Below are positions 20,365 through 33,900 of a stretch of 64,000 nucleotides of DNA, piece by piece. The position numbers were made by a program, and so were the translations under genes. Source of the stretch: Casimicrobiaceae bacterium (GTDB taxonomy: Bacteria; Pseudomonadota; Gammaproteobacteria; Burkholderiales; Casimicrobiaceae); the NCBI GenBank assembly GCA_036269335.1, contig DATASF010000106.1:9708-73707 (forward strand), written 5' to 3'. The notes under the pieces were generated by a model that did not search any database, was not told where the DNA came from, and saw only the letters and a program-made list of their open reading frames with translations. Position 1 is the first letter of the stretch, and every line of letters begins with the position of its first letter.

Positions 20365-23178
20365 ATGGCGAAGAGCCTGATCATTGCCGAAAAGCCTTCC
20401 GTCGCCGCTGACGTAGCGCGCGCATTAGGGGGCTTTACGCGCCACGACGACTATTTCGAGAGTGAGCGCTACCTCTTGTCGTCGGCGATCGGCCATCTGC
20501 TCGAGATCGGCATGCCCGAGGACGAGGAGGTCAAGCGAGGCAAGTGGACCTTCGCGCACCTGCCCGCCATCCCTTCGCAATTCGCGCTGAAGCCGATCGA
20601 AAAGTCGGAAGCGCGGTTACGGCTGCTGCTCAAGCTCCTCAAGCGCAAGGACGTAAGCGAGCTGGTCAACGCCTGCGATGCCGGGCGCGAGGGTGAGCTC
20701 ATCTTTCGCAACATCGCGCAGTACGCCAGGAACACCAAGCCGATCCGGCGCCTGTGGCTGCAGTCGATGACCCAGGGCGCCATCCGCGACGCGTTCGGAA
20801 AGCTCCGCAGCGACGAGGCGATGCGGCCTCTCGCCGACGCCGCCGTATGCCGGTCGGAGTCGGACTGGCTGGTCGGCATCAACGGCACGCGCGCGATGAC
20901 CGCGTTCAACTCGCGGTCGGGCGGGTTTCAGCTAACCACGGTCGGCAGGGTGCAGACGCCGACCCTGGCGATCCTGGTCGAGCGCGAGGAGAAAATCCGC
21001 GCGTTCGTGCCGCGCGGCTACTGGGAAGTGCTGGGCACTTTCCGCGCGGCCGGCGGGCAGTACGGCGGCCGCTGGTTCGACGAAAAATTCAAAAAGACCG
21101 ACGACGATCCCGACCGGCGGGCCGAGCGTCTTTGGGACGAAGCAAAAGCGCGCGCAATCGCCGAGCGCTGCGAAGGCAAGCCGGGGACGGTCACCGAAGA
21201 GACCAAGCCGTCGACTCAGGCCGCGCCGCTGCTCTACGACCTGACCAGCCTGCAGCGCGAAGCCAACGGCCGCTTCGGTCTGTCCGCGCGCACGACGCTG
21301 TCGCTCGCCCAGGCCCTGTACGAAAAGCACAAGGCGCTGACGTATCCGCGGACTGATTCGCGCGCGCTGCCCGAGGACTACCTGTCCACGGTCAAGGCGA
21401 CGATGGAAGCGCTGCGCGAATCGAATGCCTACGCGGTGTTCGCCGGCCAGATCCTGAAGTCGAAGTGGGTGAAGCCCAACAAGCGGGTCTTCGACGACAG
21501 CAAGATCTCCGATCACTTCGCGATCATCCCGACCCTGCAGCGCCCGAAGAGCCTCTCCGAGCTCGAGACCAAGCTCTACGACCTCGTCGTCAAGCGATTC
21601 CTGGCGGTGTTCTACCCGCCCGCCGAATACCTGCTGACGACGCGGATCACCCGCGTCGCCGGCGAGCCGTTCAAGACCGAGGGCAAAGTGCTGGTTTCGC
21701 CGGGCTGGCTCGCCGTCTACGGCAAGGAAGCCCAGGGCGACGACGAAGCGACGCTCGCGGCGGTTCGCCAGGATGAACGAGTGGCGACCGAGGAAATCAA
21801 GGTCGTCGCGAGCCAGACCCGGCCGCCGCCGCGGTTCTCCGAAGCGACGCTGCTGTCGGCAATGGAAGGCGCCGGCAAATTGATCGAGGACGACGAGCTG
21901 CGCGAGGCGATGCGCGAAAAGGGCCTCGGCACGCCGGCGACCCGTGCACAGATCATCGAAGGCCTGATCCAGGAAAAGTATGTGCTCCGCGAAGGCCGCG
22001 AGCTGCACCCGACGGCGAAGGCCTTTTCGCTGATGACCTTGCTGCACGGCCTCGGCGTGCCCGAGCTTTTTTCGCCCGAGCTGACCGCGGAGTGGGAGTT
22101 CAAGCTCGCGCAGATGGAGCACGGCAAGCTCAAGCGCGAGCAGTTCATGCGCGAGATCGTCAAGATCACCAAGCACATCGTCGCGCAGGCCAAGAACTTC
22201 GAAAGCGACACCATCCCCGGAGATTTCGCGACGCTCGCCGCGGGTTGTCCGAAGTGCGGCGGCGAAGTGCACGAGAACTACAAGAAATTCCAGTGCCAGT
22301 CGTGCGACTTCGGCATGTGGAAGATCGTCGCCGGCAGGCAGCTCGAGATTCCCGAAGCGGAAAGTCTGTTGACCGAGCGCAAGGTCGGTCCGCTGGACGG
22401 CTTCCGCAGCAAGCTCGGCCGGCCGTTTTCGGCGATGCTCAAGCTCAACGACGCCAACGAAGTCCAGTTCGATTTCGGCGACGGGACCGGCGACGGCGCC
22501 GACGGAGAAGCGCCTGATTTCAGCGCTCTGGAAGCGCTCGGACCTTGCCCCAAGTGCGGCTCGCGCGTGTTCGCGCTGCCCGCGGCGTACGTCTGCGAAA
22601 AAGCCGTCGGCGCCGCCAAGACATGTGACTTTCGCTCCGGCCGCGTGATCCTGCAGCGGCCGATCGAGAGCGAGCAGATGAAAAAGCTGCTCGCAACCGG
22701 CAAGACCGATCTCCTGCAGTTCGTCTCCTCGCGCACGCGGCGGCCTTTCGCCGCGTACCTGGTGCGGCAGCCGGACGGCAAGATCGGATTCGAATTCCAG
22801 GCTCGCAAGGACGGCGCGGGCAAGCCGCTGCGCGGCGGCCGCGGCGCCGCGGCCCTACGGGTGCTCGGCAAGCACCCGAGGGACAAGCAGCCGGTGGAGC
22901 TGCACGCGGGCCGCTACGGACCCTACGTCAAGCATGGCGGTATCAACGCTACGCTGCCGGACCGTGACCAGGTCGATGCATTGACGCTCGACCAGGCGGT
23001 TGCCCTGCTGGCGGAGAAATCGGGCAAGGGTGGCACCGCGCGACGCGCCAAGACCGCCGAGAGCTCGCGGCCCGCGGCAGTCAGCACCAAGCGGGCGACA
23101 AGCGCCAAGCCTCCGCCGAAGGCGCCGCGGACGGCGAAGGCATCGCCGAGAACGGCGACGCGCAAGCGCGCGACCTGA
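20365..23178 (+). CDS. topB: DNA topoisomerase III with C-terminal zinc ribbons and a basic tail
   Basis: ATG 20365 gives MAKSLIIAEKPSVAADVARALGG. The patterns GHLLE and CDAGREGELIF are type IA Toprim / Topo III-like rather than the TopA pattern VESPAKA. Two Cys4-type ribbons (CPKCGG...CQSCD and CPKCGS...). The repeat RYGPYVKHGGINATLP and a K/R/A/P-rich tail follow. 937 aa. Confidence 0.88.
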   Translation: MAKSLIIAEKPSVAADVARALGGFTRHDDYFESERYLLSSAIGHLLEIGMPEDEEVKRGKWTFAHLPAIPSQFALKPIEKSEARLRLLLKLLKRKDVSELVNACDAGREGELIFRNIAQYARNTKPIRRLWLQSMTQGAIRDAFGKLRSDEAMRPLADAAVCRSESDWLVGINGTRAMTAFNSRSGGFQLTTVGRVQTPTLAILVEREEKIRAFVPRGYWEVLGTFRAAGGQYGGRWFDEKFKKTDDDPDRRAERLWDEAKARAIAERCEGKPGTVTEETKPSTQAAPLLYDLTSLQREANGRFGLSARTTLSLAQALYEKHKALTYPRTDSRALPEDYLSTVKATMEALRESNAYAVFAGQILKSKWVKPNKRVFDDSKISDHFAIIPTLQRPKSLSELETKLYDLVVKRFLAVFYPPAEYLLTTRITRVAGEPFKTEGKVLVSPGWLAVYGKEAQGDDEATLAAVRQDERVATEEIKVVASQTRPPPRFSEATLLSAMEGAGKLIEDDELREAMREKGLGTPATRAQIIEGLIQEKYVLREGRELHPTAKAFSLMTLLHGLGVPELFSPELTAEWEFKLAQMEHGKLKREQFMREIVKITKHIVAQAKNFESDTIPGDFATLAAGCPKCGGEVHENYKKFQCQSCDFGMWKIVAGRQLEIPEAESLLTERKVGPLDGFRSKLGRPFSAMLKLNDANEVQFDFGDGTGDGADGEAPDFSALEALGPCPKCGSRVFALPAAYVCEKAVGAAKTCDFRSGRVILQRPIESEQMKKLLATGKTDLLQFVSSRTRRPFAAYLVRQPDGKIGFEFQARKDGAGKPLRGGRGAAALRVLGKHPRDKQPVELHAGRYGPYVKHGGINATLPDRDQVDALTLDQAVALLAEKSGKGGTARRAKTAESSRPAAVSTKRATSAKPPPKAPRTAKASPRTATRKRAT

Positions 23179-23183
23179 ACGCC

Positions 23184-23783
23184 TTGGCGGAATTTCGCAT
23201 CACCCTGGTCGGTTCGCGCTACTTCGGCGCAGCCACGCTCGCGCGCCTGCTCGAAGAAGGCATCGACGTCGCGCGCGTCGTCGTCCCGGCGGCCGACGAC
23301 AGGCTCGCACTGGCAGCCGCCAGCGCGGGGCTCGAGGTCAAGGTCCTCGACGATCCGAAGCTGGTGCCGGCCGACGCGATCGCCGACCGAACCGACCTGA
23401 TCGTCGCCGCGCACAGCCACGCGCGCGTCAGCAACGAGGCGCTTGCCCGTTCGCGCCTGGGCGGCATCGGATTCCACCCGTCGCTGCTGCCGCGGCATCG
23501 CGGCATCGCCGCCGTCGAATGGACGATACGCGAAGCCGACAGCATCGCCGGTGGATCGATCTATCACCTGGCCGACCGTATGGACGCGGGCGCGATCGCC
23601 GCGCAGGACTGGTGTTTCGTCAAAAAGGGCGAGACGGCGCGCGAGCTTTGGGAGCGCGCGCTGGCTCCGATGGGTCTGGCGCTGATCGCGCGGGTGGTGC
23701 GCCACGCCAAGGAGCACGGCACGATTCCAGCGAAGCCGCAGGACGAGCAATTCGCCACCAAAGCGCCGATGATTCGCGACTAG
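23184..23783 (+). CDS. Short formyltransferase-family protein (Fmt/PurN N-terminal fold only)
   Basis: 199 aa. The TTG start lies 6 nt after the topB stop. Contains FHPSLLPRHRG and MDAGAI, the SLLP and DxG motifs of formyl transferases. There is no Fmt C-terminal domain. Confidence 0.7.
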   Translation: MAEFRITLVGSRYFGAATLARLLEEGIDVARVVVPAADDRLALAAASAGLEVKVLDDPKLVPADAIADRTDLIVAAHSHARVSNEALARSRLGGIGFHPSLLPRHRGIAAVEWTIREADSIAGGSIYHLADRMDAGAIAAQDWCFVKKGETARELWERALAPMGLALIARVVRHAKEHGTIPAKPQDEQFATKAPMIRD

Positions 23784-23838
23784 CCTCGCTTGTGCGCGGT
23801 TCGCGCCGGACGCCCAAGGTACGCGGCTCCGGCTTCTT

Positions 23839-26040
23839 TTAGTGGCACACCGTCCCTGGTGCGGCGAAAACCTCGCGGGTGATGCTCTTGCTCTGCGCAA
23901 CGGCGCCGACCGTATAGCTGAACGTTCCGCTGTTGCCATCGGAAAAGTTCAGCGTCGCGGTTCCGACGACGCTGCCGTTGGCGCCTCCGGGACTTCCAAT
24001 CGGCGGGAATGGAAACTCGTTGAACGGCGGTCCGCTGGTGAGCCGGATCAGATCGCCGCTGTACGAGGCCGCTGCGGTCTTGGTCAACGTCGACACCAGC
24101 CACATCGGGGTGCGGTCGTGGTCGAACGTGTACCAGGTCGCGAATATCGTGTCGCTCTCGTGCGTGAGGTTGATGCCCCAGCCCGCCTCCGAGCCCGCGG
24201 GAGCCGCCCACCAGAGGTCCTGGTAGTTCGTGGCCAGCGCGAGGTTGGCCTGCGCGCCGGCGCATGCGGGAAGGGGACCGAACGTTTCGCGGGTGATCGA
24301 CTTAGTCTGCGTGATTCCGTGCACCGTGTAGGTGAAGATACCGTTGTTCGCATCGTTGAAGCGCAAGGTCCCGGTGCCGGCCGACGAGCCGGTGGCCCCA
24401 CCGGGCGCGCCCAGCGGCGGGAACGGTACGCTGTCGAACGGCGGGCCCGTGCCCTCAAAGAGTGATCCCGAATAGACGCGTGGCGCAGTCAGATTCGCGC
24501 TCATCACCAGCCACCACGCCTTCCCGGTCAGATCGTAGGTGAACCACGAGGCGAAGATCTGATCGCCCTGGTGCGCGAAATTGATTCCCCAGCCGGCTTC
24601 CGAGCCGCCGGGCGAATTCCACCACAGCCCGCCGTAATTGAGTGTTCCGGGGGGGCCACTTTGCGCCGCCAGCACCGCCGCATGCGCATCGACGATCCCG
24701 GCGCCGCACCTCGCCGTCGTGCACGTCGAGCCGGCCGGAAACGGCTTGGCGCTCGACGCGAGCAGTGCGCTCACCTGGGTTGCGCTGAGGTTCGGCGCCA
24801 CGGCCAGCATCAGCGCGACGGTGCCCGCTACCATCGGCGCGGCGAAGCTGGTGCCGTTGGCGACGTAGACCGCATCTTCGGTTGGCCCGTGGGTGCCGAG
24901 GTTGCTCAGAAGCTCGATGCCGTCGAAACCCGAGAACGTGTCGCCTCCGGGCGCACTGATCGTTATCGTCGGACCGAAATTCGTGTACGACGCTCTGCCG
25001 CCGATCGAGTTGGTCGCGGCGACGGAAATCACGCCGGGGCAGTTCGACGGCGTGTGATACGAGGGGTCGGTGCCATCGTTTCCCGCGGCCGCCACGATCG
25101 CGCGGGTGACGCCGTGAGCGAATGCGGACGCGATGACCTGTTGATACGCCGGCGTGCACTCGCCGTAACCGCCCAGACTCAGATTGACGACCTGCGCCGG
25201 CGTGGAATTGATGGGCACGCCGGGCACGGGCAGCCCGGCGGCCCACGCGATGCCATCCAGGATGTCGGAATCGTCGCCGTAGCATTTGCCTAGCACGCGC
25301 ACCGGGAGAATCCTGGCCGACCAGTCGATGCCGGCGGTCCAGGCGCCGTCATTGGAATTGGCCGCGATGATGCCGGCGGTCGACGTCCCGTGCCAGCTGC
25401 TGTCCTGGATGCGGCAACCGTAGAATCTCACCGATACCGTGAGGTCTTCAATAACGATCCAGTCGCCGGGATCGGTCGGGTCCGCATCCCGGCCGTCGCC
25501 ATCGTTGGCAACCAAGGGGTTGGAGACGAAGTCGTATCCGGGAAGAAGGCGTCCGGCCAGCGCCGGATGAGGCCGGTAGCCGGTGTCGACCACCGCGACG
25601 ACGGTATTGGCGCTGCCGGTCGTGATATCCCACGCGCTGAAGGCGCTGATGCCCGCCGCATCGTCGCGCAGGTAGGTCTGTTGATTCAGATACTGGTCGT
25701 TCGGCACGAGCTCCGCGCGCATCCGCCGGTCCGGCTGCACATATTCGACGTCTGCCTGGCTGGCCAGGCGTTGCGCGATGGCGTGCGCCTCGGACAGCGG
25801 CACCGGGTGGTCGAGCGCGACGACGTGCGCGCCGAGCGCCATCGGCCGCACATACGCCAGAGGAACGCGGCGGTCGGCGGCCAGCCGGGAGACCCGACCC
25901 CGATCACGCTCCGATTCGGATACGATTTCCGCCGCCGGCTGCGCGCGGAACTTGACGATCAATTTCTCGATCATCGGTTCCGGGACGCCCGGGCTGGATT
26001 GCGACCACACGCTGGCGGACGCCAGCAGGAGTACGAGCAC
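23839..26040 (-). CDS. S8 family subtilisin-like serine peptidase with two tandem C-terminal repeat modules
   Basis: Catalytic contexts VAVVDTGY (Asp), HGTSTAGIIAA (His) and NGTSFAAPMVAG (Ser). Hydrophobic N-terminus. Two ~120-aa repeats at roughly nt 24277-24642 and 23863-24231. The start is uncertain (GTG 26040 from the track). Confidence 0.85.
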   Translation of the reverse strand: MLVLLLASASVWSQSSPGVPEPMIEKLIVKFRAQPAAEIVSESERDRGRVSRLAADRRVPLAYVRPMALGAHVVALDHPVPLSEAHAIAQRLASQADVEYVQPDRRMRAELVPNDQYLNQQTYLRDDAAGISAFSAWDITTGSANTVVAVVDTGYRPHPALAGRLLPGYDFVSNPLVANDGDGRDADPTDPGDWIVIEDLTVSVRFYGCRIQDSSWHGTSTAGIIAANSNDGAWTAGIDWSARILPVRVLGKCYGDDSDILDGIAWAAGLPVPGVPINSTPAQVVNLSLGGYGECTPAYQQVIASAFAHGVTRAIVAAAGNDGTDPSYHTPSNCPGVISVAATNSIGGRASYTNFGPTITISAPGGDTFSGFDGIELLSNLGTHGPTEDAVYVANGTSFAAPMVAGTVALMLAVAPNLSATQVSALLASSAKPFPAGSTCTTARCGAGIVDAHAAVLAAQSGPPGTLNYGGLWWNSPGGSEAGWGINFAHQGDQIFASWFTYDLTGKAWWLVMSANLTAPRVYSGSLFEGTGPPFDSVPFPPLGAPGGATGSSAGTGTLRFNDANNGIFTYTVHGITQTKSITRETFGPLPACAGAQANLALATNYQDLWWAAPAGSEAGWGINLTHESDTIFATWYTFDHDRTPMWLVSTLTKTAAASYSGDLIRLTSGPPFNEFPFPPIGSPGGANGSVVGTATLNFSDGNSGTFSYTVGAVAQSKSITREVFAAPGTVCH

Positions 26041-26083
26041 GCACAGACAGCGCAGTGTCGCGCGCGCCGGCGCCGGCCCGTGC

Positions 26084-29699
<3,616 letters not shown>

Positions 29700-29926
29700 T
29701 GTTTTAAACCCAATAACAGCTAATAGGAGTTCGTCGACTTCCGGTACAACAGCGAAAAAAACATCCGATTCCGAGGCTTTGGCGCGCCCGCGCCACGGTA
29801 TAAGTTGTGTTCGGCGTGTGGATGGTTTGGGGGCAAATTTCGGTGCGCCGGCCGGGGTCGGTTAATCAACAAATTATAAACCCGTTCAGTCCCGATTCAT
29901 ACAGTCCGGAAGTGTCGGTTGCGTGT

Positions 29927-31261
29927 CTAGTTCCGCAGGACCTGAAGCAGAAAATTGACGTCGTGGGTCATCTCGGGGACGGACTCGCGCAGCTTGGCGA
30001 TCTGCCGGCAGGCGTGCAAAACCGTCGTGTGATCCCGGCCGCCGAAATTGCTGCCGATCTCGGGAAGCGACAGCTGCGTCAGCTCCTTGGCGAGCGCCAT
30101 CGCAACCTGACGCGGCCGGGCGATCGCGCGCGACCGCTTCTTCGAGTGCATGTCCGAAATCCGGATCTTGTAGTAGTCGGCGACCGTCTTCTGGATGTTC
30201 TCGATCGAGATCTGCCGGTTCTGGACGGCGAGCAGGTCGCGGAGCGCATCCTTGGCCACCGCCAGCGAGATTTCCTGGCGATGGAAGCTCGAATAGGCGA
30301 GCACGCGCTTGAGCGCGCCTTCGAGCTCCCGGACGTTCGATCGTATGTGCTTGGCAATGAAGAAAGCGACCTGCTCGTCGAGCTTCATGCCGGTCTGCGC
30401 AGCCTTCGACAGCAGGATCGCGACGCGCATCTCGAGCTCCGGCGGCTCCAGCGCCACCGTCAGGCCCCAGCCGAAGCGCGAGATCAGCCGCTCCTCGATC
30501 CCCGAGATTTCCTTCGGATAGGTGTCGCAGGTGATCACGACTTGCTTGCGCGCCTCGATCAGCGTGTTGAACAGGTAAAAGAACTCCTCCTGCGTGCGGC
30601 TCTTGCCGTTGAAGAACTGGATGTCGTCGATCAGCAGCAGATCCAGCGTCCGGTAATAGCGCTTGAAATCGTCGAAGGCCTTGTGCTGATAGGCGCGCAC
30701 GACGTCGGAGACATAGGTCTCGGCATGGATGTAGCGGATTTTCGCCGCAGGATCGTTGGCCAGGATCTGGTTTCCGATCGCCTGGATCAGGTGCGTCTTG
30801 CCGAGCCCGACGCCGCCGTAGACGAACAACGGGTTGTACGAGGTCGGATTGTCGGCGACCTGCATGCCCGCGGCGCGCGCCAATTGGTTGGCCTTGCCGG
30901 CGACGAACGTGGCGAAAGTGAACGCCGGGTTGACGCTGGCCTGCTCGCCGCGCCGCGTCGATGCCGCGCCCGGATCGGGCGAGATCGCGGTGACCGCCGG
31001 CGCGGGCAGGCGGTCGGCCCCGTCGGCAACGACCAGTCCCAGTCGCAACGGGCGGCCGACCGCGACCGCGGCGAGCTCCTCGATGCGGCCTGCAAAGCGC
31101 TCCTTGACCCACTGCAGTACAAAACGGTTCGGGGCGATAAGGCGCAGCTCGTCTCCCGCGATTTCCAGCCGCAGCGGCCGAATCCAGGTATTGAATTGCT
31201 GCTGCGTCAGCTCATGCTGGAACGATTCCAGGCAGGCCTGCCAGAATACGGGCGTGGACAT
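29927..31261 (-). CDS. dnaA: Chromosomal replication initiator DnaA
   Basis: ATG 31261 gives [30 protein letters not shown]. Walker [11 protein letters not shown], box VII, and C-terminal DNA-binding region [11 protein letters not shown]. 444 aa. Confidence 0.97.
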   Translation of the reverse strand: MSTPVFWQACLESFQHELTQQQFNTWIRPLRLEIAGDELRLIAPNRFVLQWVKERFAGRIEELAAVAVGRPLRLGLVVADGADRLPAPAVTAISPDPGAASTRRGEQASVNPAFTFATFVAGKANQLARAAGMQVADNPTSYNPLFVYGGVGLGKTHLIQAIGNQILANDPAAKIRYIHAETYVSDVVRAYQHKAFDDFKRYYRTLDLLLIDDIQFFNGKSRTQEEFFYLFNTLIEARKQVVITCDTYPKEISGIEERLISRFGWGLTVALEPPELEMRVAILLSKAAQTGMKLDEQVAFFIAKHIRSNVRELEGALKRVLAYSSFHRQEISLAVAKDALRDLLAVQNRQISIENIQKTVADYYKIRISDMHSKKRSRAIARPRQVAMALAKELTQLSLPEIGSNFGGRDHTTVLHACRQIAKLRESVPEMTHDVNFLLQVLRN

Positions 31262-31353
31262 AGTGGACAATGCGTGCGGGACGGCAGTACCAACAAATAG
31301 CGGGCGCCGAACGGAGCCCGTGACAAGCGCTATTGTACTCGCTTGCGGCAAAG

Positions 31354-31362
31354 TTATCCACA
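31354..31362 (+). promoter_or_regulatory. Perfect DnaA box (TTATCCACA)
   Basis: Exact 9/9 match to the E. coli-type consensus, located in the dnaA-rpmH divergent spacer. Weaker matches are AGTGGACAA (31262-31270, 7/9 on the complementary orientation) and CGTGGACAT (31253-31261, 6/9, overlapping the dnaA start codon). Confidence 0.7.
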
Positions 31363-31381
31363 GCGGTGCGCGCAGATTGCC

Positions 31382-31411
31382 TTGACAGAGCGCTCTGCAA
31401 AACGTTCTAAT
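31382..31411 (+). promoter_or_regulatory. Putative sigma70 promoter for rpmH-rnpA
   Basis: TTGACA (31382-31387), 18-nt spacer, TCTAAT (31406-31411), about 30 nt upstream of the rpmH ATG. Confidence 0.45.
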
Positions 31412-31440
31412 GTAAGGCTTTTTTCGAACGGAAACAGATC

Positions 31441-31575
31441 ATGAAGCGCACCTACCAGCCGTCGGTCATCCGGCGCAAGCGGACGCACGGTTTTCGCGCC
31501 CGCATGAAAAGCATCGGCGGCCGCAAGGTCCTGCGCGCCCGGCGCGCCAAGGGCCGCGCCCGGCTCGCCGTCTAG
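31441..31575 (+). CDS. rpmH: 50S ribosomal protein L34
   Basis: Not in the ORF track because it is too short. Hand translation: [44 protein letters not shown], 44 aa. Confidence 0.95.
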   Translation: MKRTYQPSVIRRKRTHGFRARMKSIGGRKVLRARRAKGRARLAV

Positions 31576-31617
31576 AGCCTTCGCGAATCCGCAATAGGCT
31601 CGAATCGACGGCACCGA

Positions 31618-31941
31618 TTGCGTGGGGCGGCGGCGTTCGCCAGGCTGTTTCGCCAAGGCCGCCGCATCGAAGCTGAACATCTGCAACTGCTGGCGGCGCC
31701 GGCCGGCGGCGCGATCGGCCAGGTGGGATACGTGATCGGCAAGCAACAACTGAAGCTCGCGGTCGACCGCAACCGGCTCAAGCGCATGCTGCGCGAAGCG
31801 GTCCGGTTGCGCCGCCCGTCGCTCGATCGCTTCGACATCGTCCTGCGGCTTCGACGTGGCTGTCCGCCGGCACGCATCGCGGCGGTCGGCGCCGAAGCAG
31901 CGAGGCTGCTGGACGCGCTGACCACGGCAAGGGCGCAATGA
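31618..31941 (+). CDS. rnpA: Ribonuclease P protein component
   Basis: 107 aa, basic, with the RNR-like motif [16 protein letters not shown]. Lies between rpmH and yidD. The first available start after the in-frame rpmH stop is TTG 31618, so the start is uncertain. Confidence 0.85.
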   Translation: MRGAAAFARLFRQGRRIEAEHLQLLAAPAGGAIGQVGYVIGKQQLKLAVDRNRLKRMLREAVRLRRPSLDRFDIVLRLRRGCPPARIAAVGAEAARLLDALTTARAQ

Positions 31942-32147
31942 AAACGACGCTGCTCGGCCTGCTGCGCGCATACCAATACGCGCTGCGCCCGGTGCTCGGC
32001 GCGAATTGCCGCTTTTATCCCAGTTGCTCGGACTATGCGCGCGAGGCGATCGAGCGCCACGGCGCGGCTCGCGGTGTCTGGCTGGCGACGCGACGGCTGG
32101 CGCGCTGTCACCCGTATCATTCCGGCGGGTACGATCCGGTTCCCTAG
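31938..32147 (+). CDS. yidD: Membrane protein insertion efficiency factor YidD
   Basis: 69 aa, [39 protein letters not shown] overlap with the rnpA stop. Confidence 0.92.
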   Translation: MKTTLLGLLRAYQYALRPVLGANCRFYPSCSDYAREAIERHGAARGVWLATRRLARCHPYHSGGYDPVP

Positions 32148-32174
32148 CGCCATCACGATTCGAATTCGGCAGTC

Positions 32175-33869
32175 ATGGACACCCAACGCCTGATCCTTTT
32201 TGTCATCTTTTCGTTCTCCGCGCTGTTCCTCTGGGAGGCGTGGCAGCGCGAGCACCGGCCGCCACCGCCGCCGGTGACGCAGACCGCGCCCCGCCCGTCC
32301 GCGGACTCGCCGGTGCCGACGGCTACGCCGGTGCCCGGCGCCGCCGTCACCGCGAACCCGAACGCTGCGCCAGGGGCGACCGCTGCGGCGCCGGGCGGCG
32401 AAAAGATCGCGATCCGGACCGACCTGTACAGCGCCGACATCGATACCGCCGGCGCGGTGATCACGCAGGTGGCGCTGAACGAACATCGGGACACCGAGGA
32501 CACGTCCCGGCCGTACCTGCTGCTGCAGAAAAGTGCCGACCGCACGTTCGTCGCGCAATCGGGCCTGCTCGGCGAGGGTCTGCCGAATCACCGCACGCTC
32601 TGGCAGGCGTTGCCCGGCCCGCGCGAGCTGGCACCGGGCGCGGACACGCTGGACCTCAAACTGCAGGCCAACGCCGCCAACGGCGACAAGGTTGTGCAGA
32701 CGCTGACCTTCCACCGCGGCAGCTATGTGATCGACGTCGACTATGCGATCACCAACGCGGGCGCGGCGCCGATCGCACCGCACGCCTATTTCCAGTTCAC
32801 CCGCGACACCAAGTCGCAGACCCAGCAGAACTCGATGGCGCCGTCGTCGTACATCGGGCCGGTCGTTTACAACGAGGCCGACAAATTCAAGAAAGTCGAA
32901 TTCGGCGAGCTGGACAAGGCCGCCGCCGATCCGAACCGCAAGCCGCCATTCACCAAGAACGCCGACAACGGGTGGGTCGGCATGGTCGAGCATTATTTCG
33001 TCGCAGCGTGGCTGCCGTCCGACGAGGCGAAGACGCCGCGCGAGTTCTATGCGCGCAAGCTCGACAACGGCCTGTACGCGGCGGGAGTGATCGTTCCGGC
33101 GCCGCCGATCGCGCCGGGTGCGACCGGCGACATCAGGGTCAAGCTCTATGTCGGGCCGCAGATCCAGGACACGCTGAAGTCGCTGGCCAAGGGCCTCGAT
33201 CTTGTCGTCGATTACGGCATATTCACCGTCATCGCGGCCCCGCTGTTCGTGCTGCTCAAGTGGCTGCACTCGCTGGTGCACAACTGGGGCTGGGCGATCG
33301 TCCTGCTGACGATCATCATCAAGAGCGTCTTCTATCCGCTGAACCACGCCAGCGCGCGCTCGATGGCAAAGATGAAAGTGATCGCACCTAAGCTCAAGGC
33401 GCTGCAGGAGCAGTATTCGAAGGACAAGCAGCAGCTGCAGATCAAGATGATGGAGATGTACAAGACCGAGAAGATCAATCCGCTCGGCGGATGTCTTCCC
33501 ATCCTGGTGCAGATCCCCGTGTTCATCGCGCTCTACTGGGTTCTTCTGTCCGCCGTCGAGCTGCGCCACGCGCCGTGGATCGGGTGGATTCACGATCTGT
33601 CGGCACCCGACCCGTGGTATGTGCTGCCGGTCATCTACGCGATCACCGCTTATCTGCAGGTTAAGCTGTCGCCGACGCCGATCCAGGATCCGGTGCAGGC
33701 GAAAGTGATGCAGATCATGCCGATCGCGTTTTCGGTGATGTTCATCTTCTTCCCGGCGGGCCTGGTGCTCTACTGGCTGATCAACAATTCGCTGCAGATC
33801 TTCCAGCAGTGGCACATGAACCGCGTCATAGGACGCGAGACCGCCGCCGCTGCGGCGAAGCGGCGCTAG
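32175..33869 (+). CDS. yidC: Membrane protein insertase YidC
   Basis: 564 aa. N-terminal TM MDTQRLILFVIFSFSALFLW, a large periplasmic domain, and conserved C-terminal core WGWAIVLLTIIIKSVFYPL...GGCLPILVQIPVFIALY. Confidence 0.96.
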   Translation: MDTQRLILFVIFSFSALFLWEAWQREHRPPPPPVTQTAPRPSADSPVPTATPVPGAAVTANPNAAPGATAAAPGGEKIAIRTDLYSADIDTAGAVITQVALNEHRDTEDTSRPYLLLQKSADRTFVAQSGLLGEGLPNHRTLWQALPGPRELAPGADTLDLKLQANAANGDKVVQTLTFHRGSYVIDVDYAITNAGAAPIAPHAYFQFTRDTKSQTQQNSMAPSSYIGPVVYNEADKFKKVEFGELDKAAADPNRKPPFTKNADNGWVGMVEHYFVAAWLPSDEAKTPREFYARKLDNGLYAAGVIVPAPPIAPGATGDIRVKLYVGPQIQDTLKSLAKGLDLVVDYGIFTVIAAPLFVLLKWLHSLVHNWGWAIVLLTIIIKSVFYPLNHASARSMAKMKVIAPKLKALQEQYSKDKQQLQIKMMEMYKTEKINPLGGCLPILVQIPVFIALYWVLLSAVELRHAPWIGWIHDLSAPDPWYVLPVIYAITAYLQVKLSPTPIQDPVQAKVMQIMPIAFSVMFIFFPAGLVLYWLINNSLQIFQQWHMNRVIGRETAAAAAKRR

Positions 33870-33900
33870 CACCATCCGAAGCCCCGCGCGGGGGCAGCGC

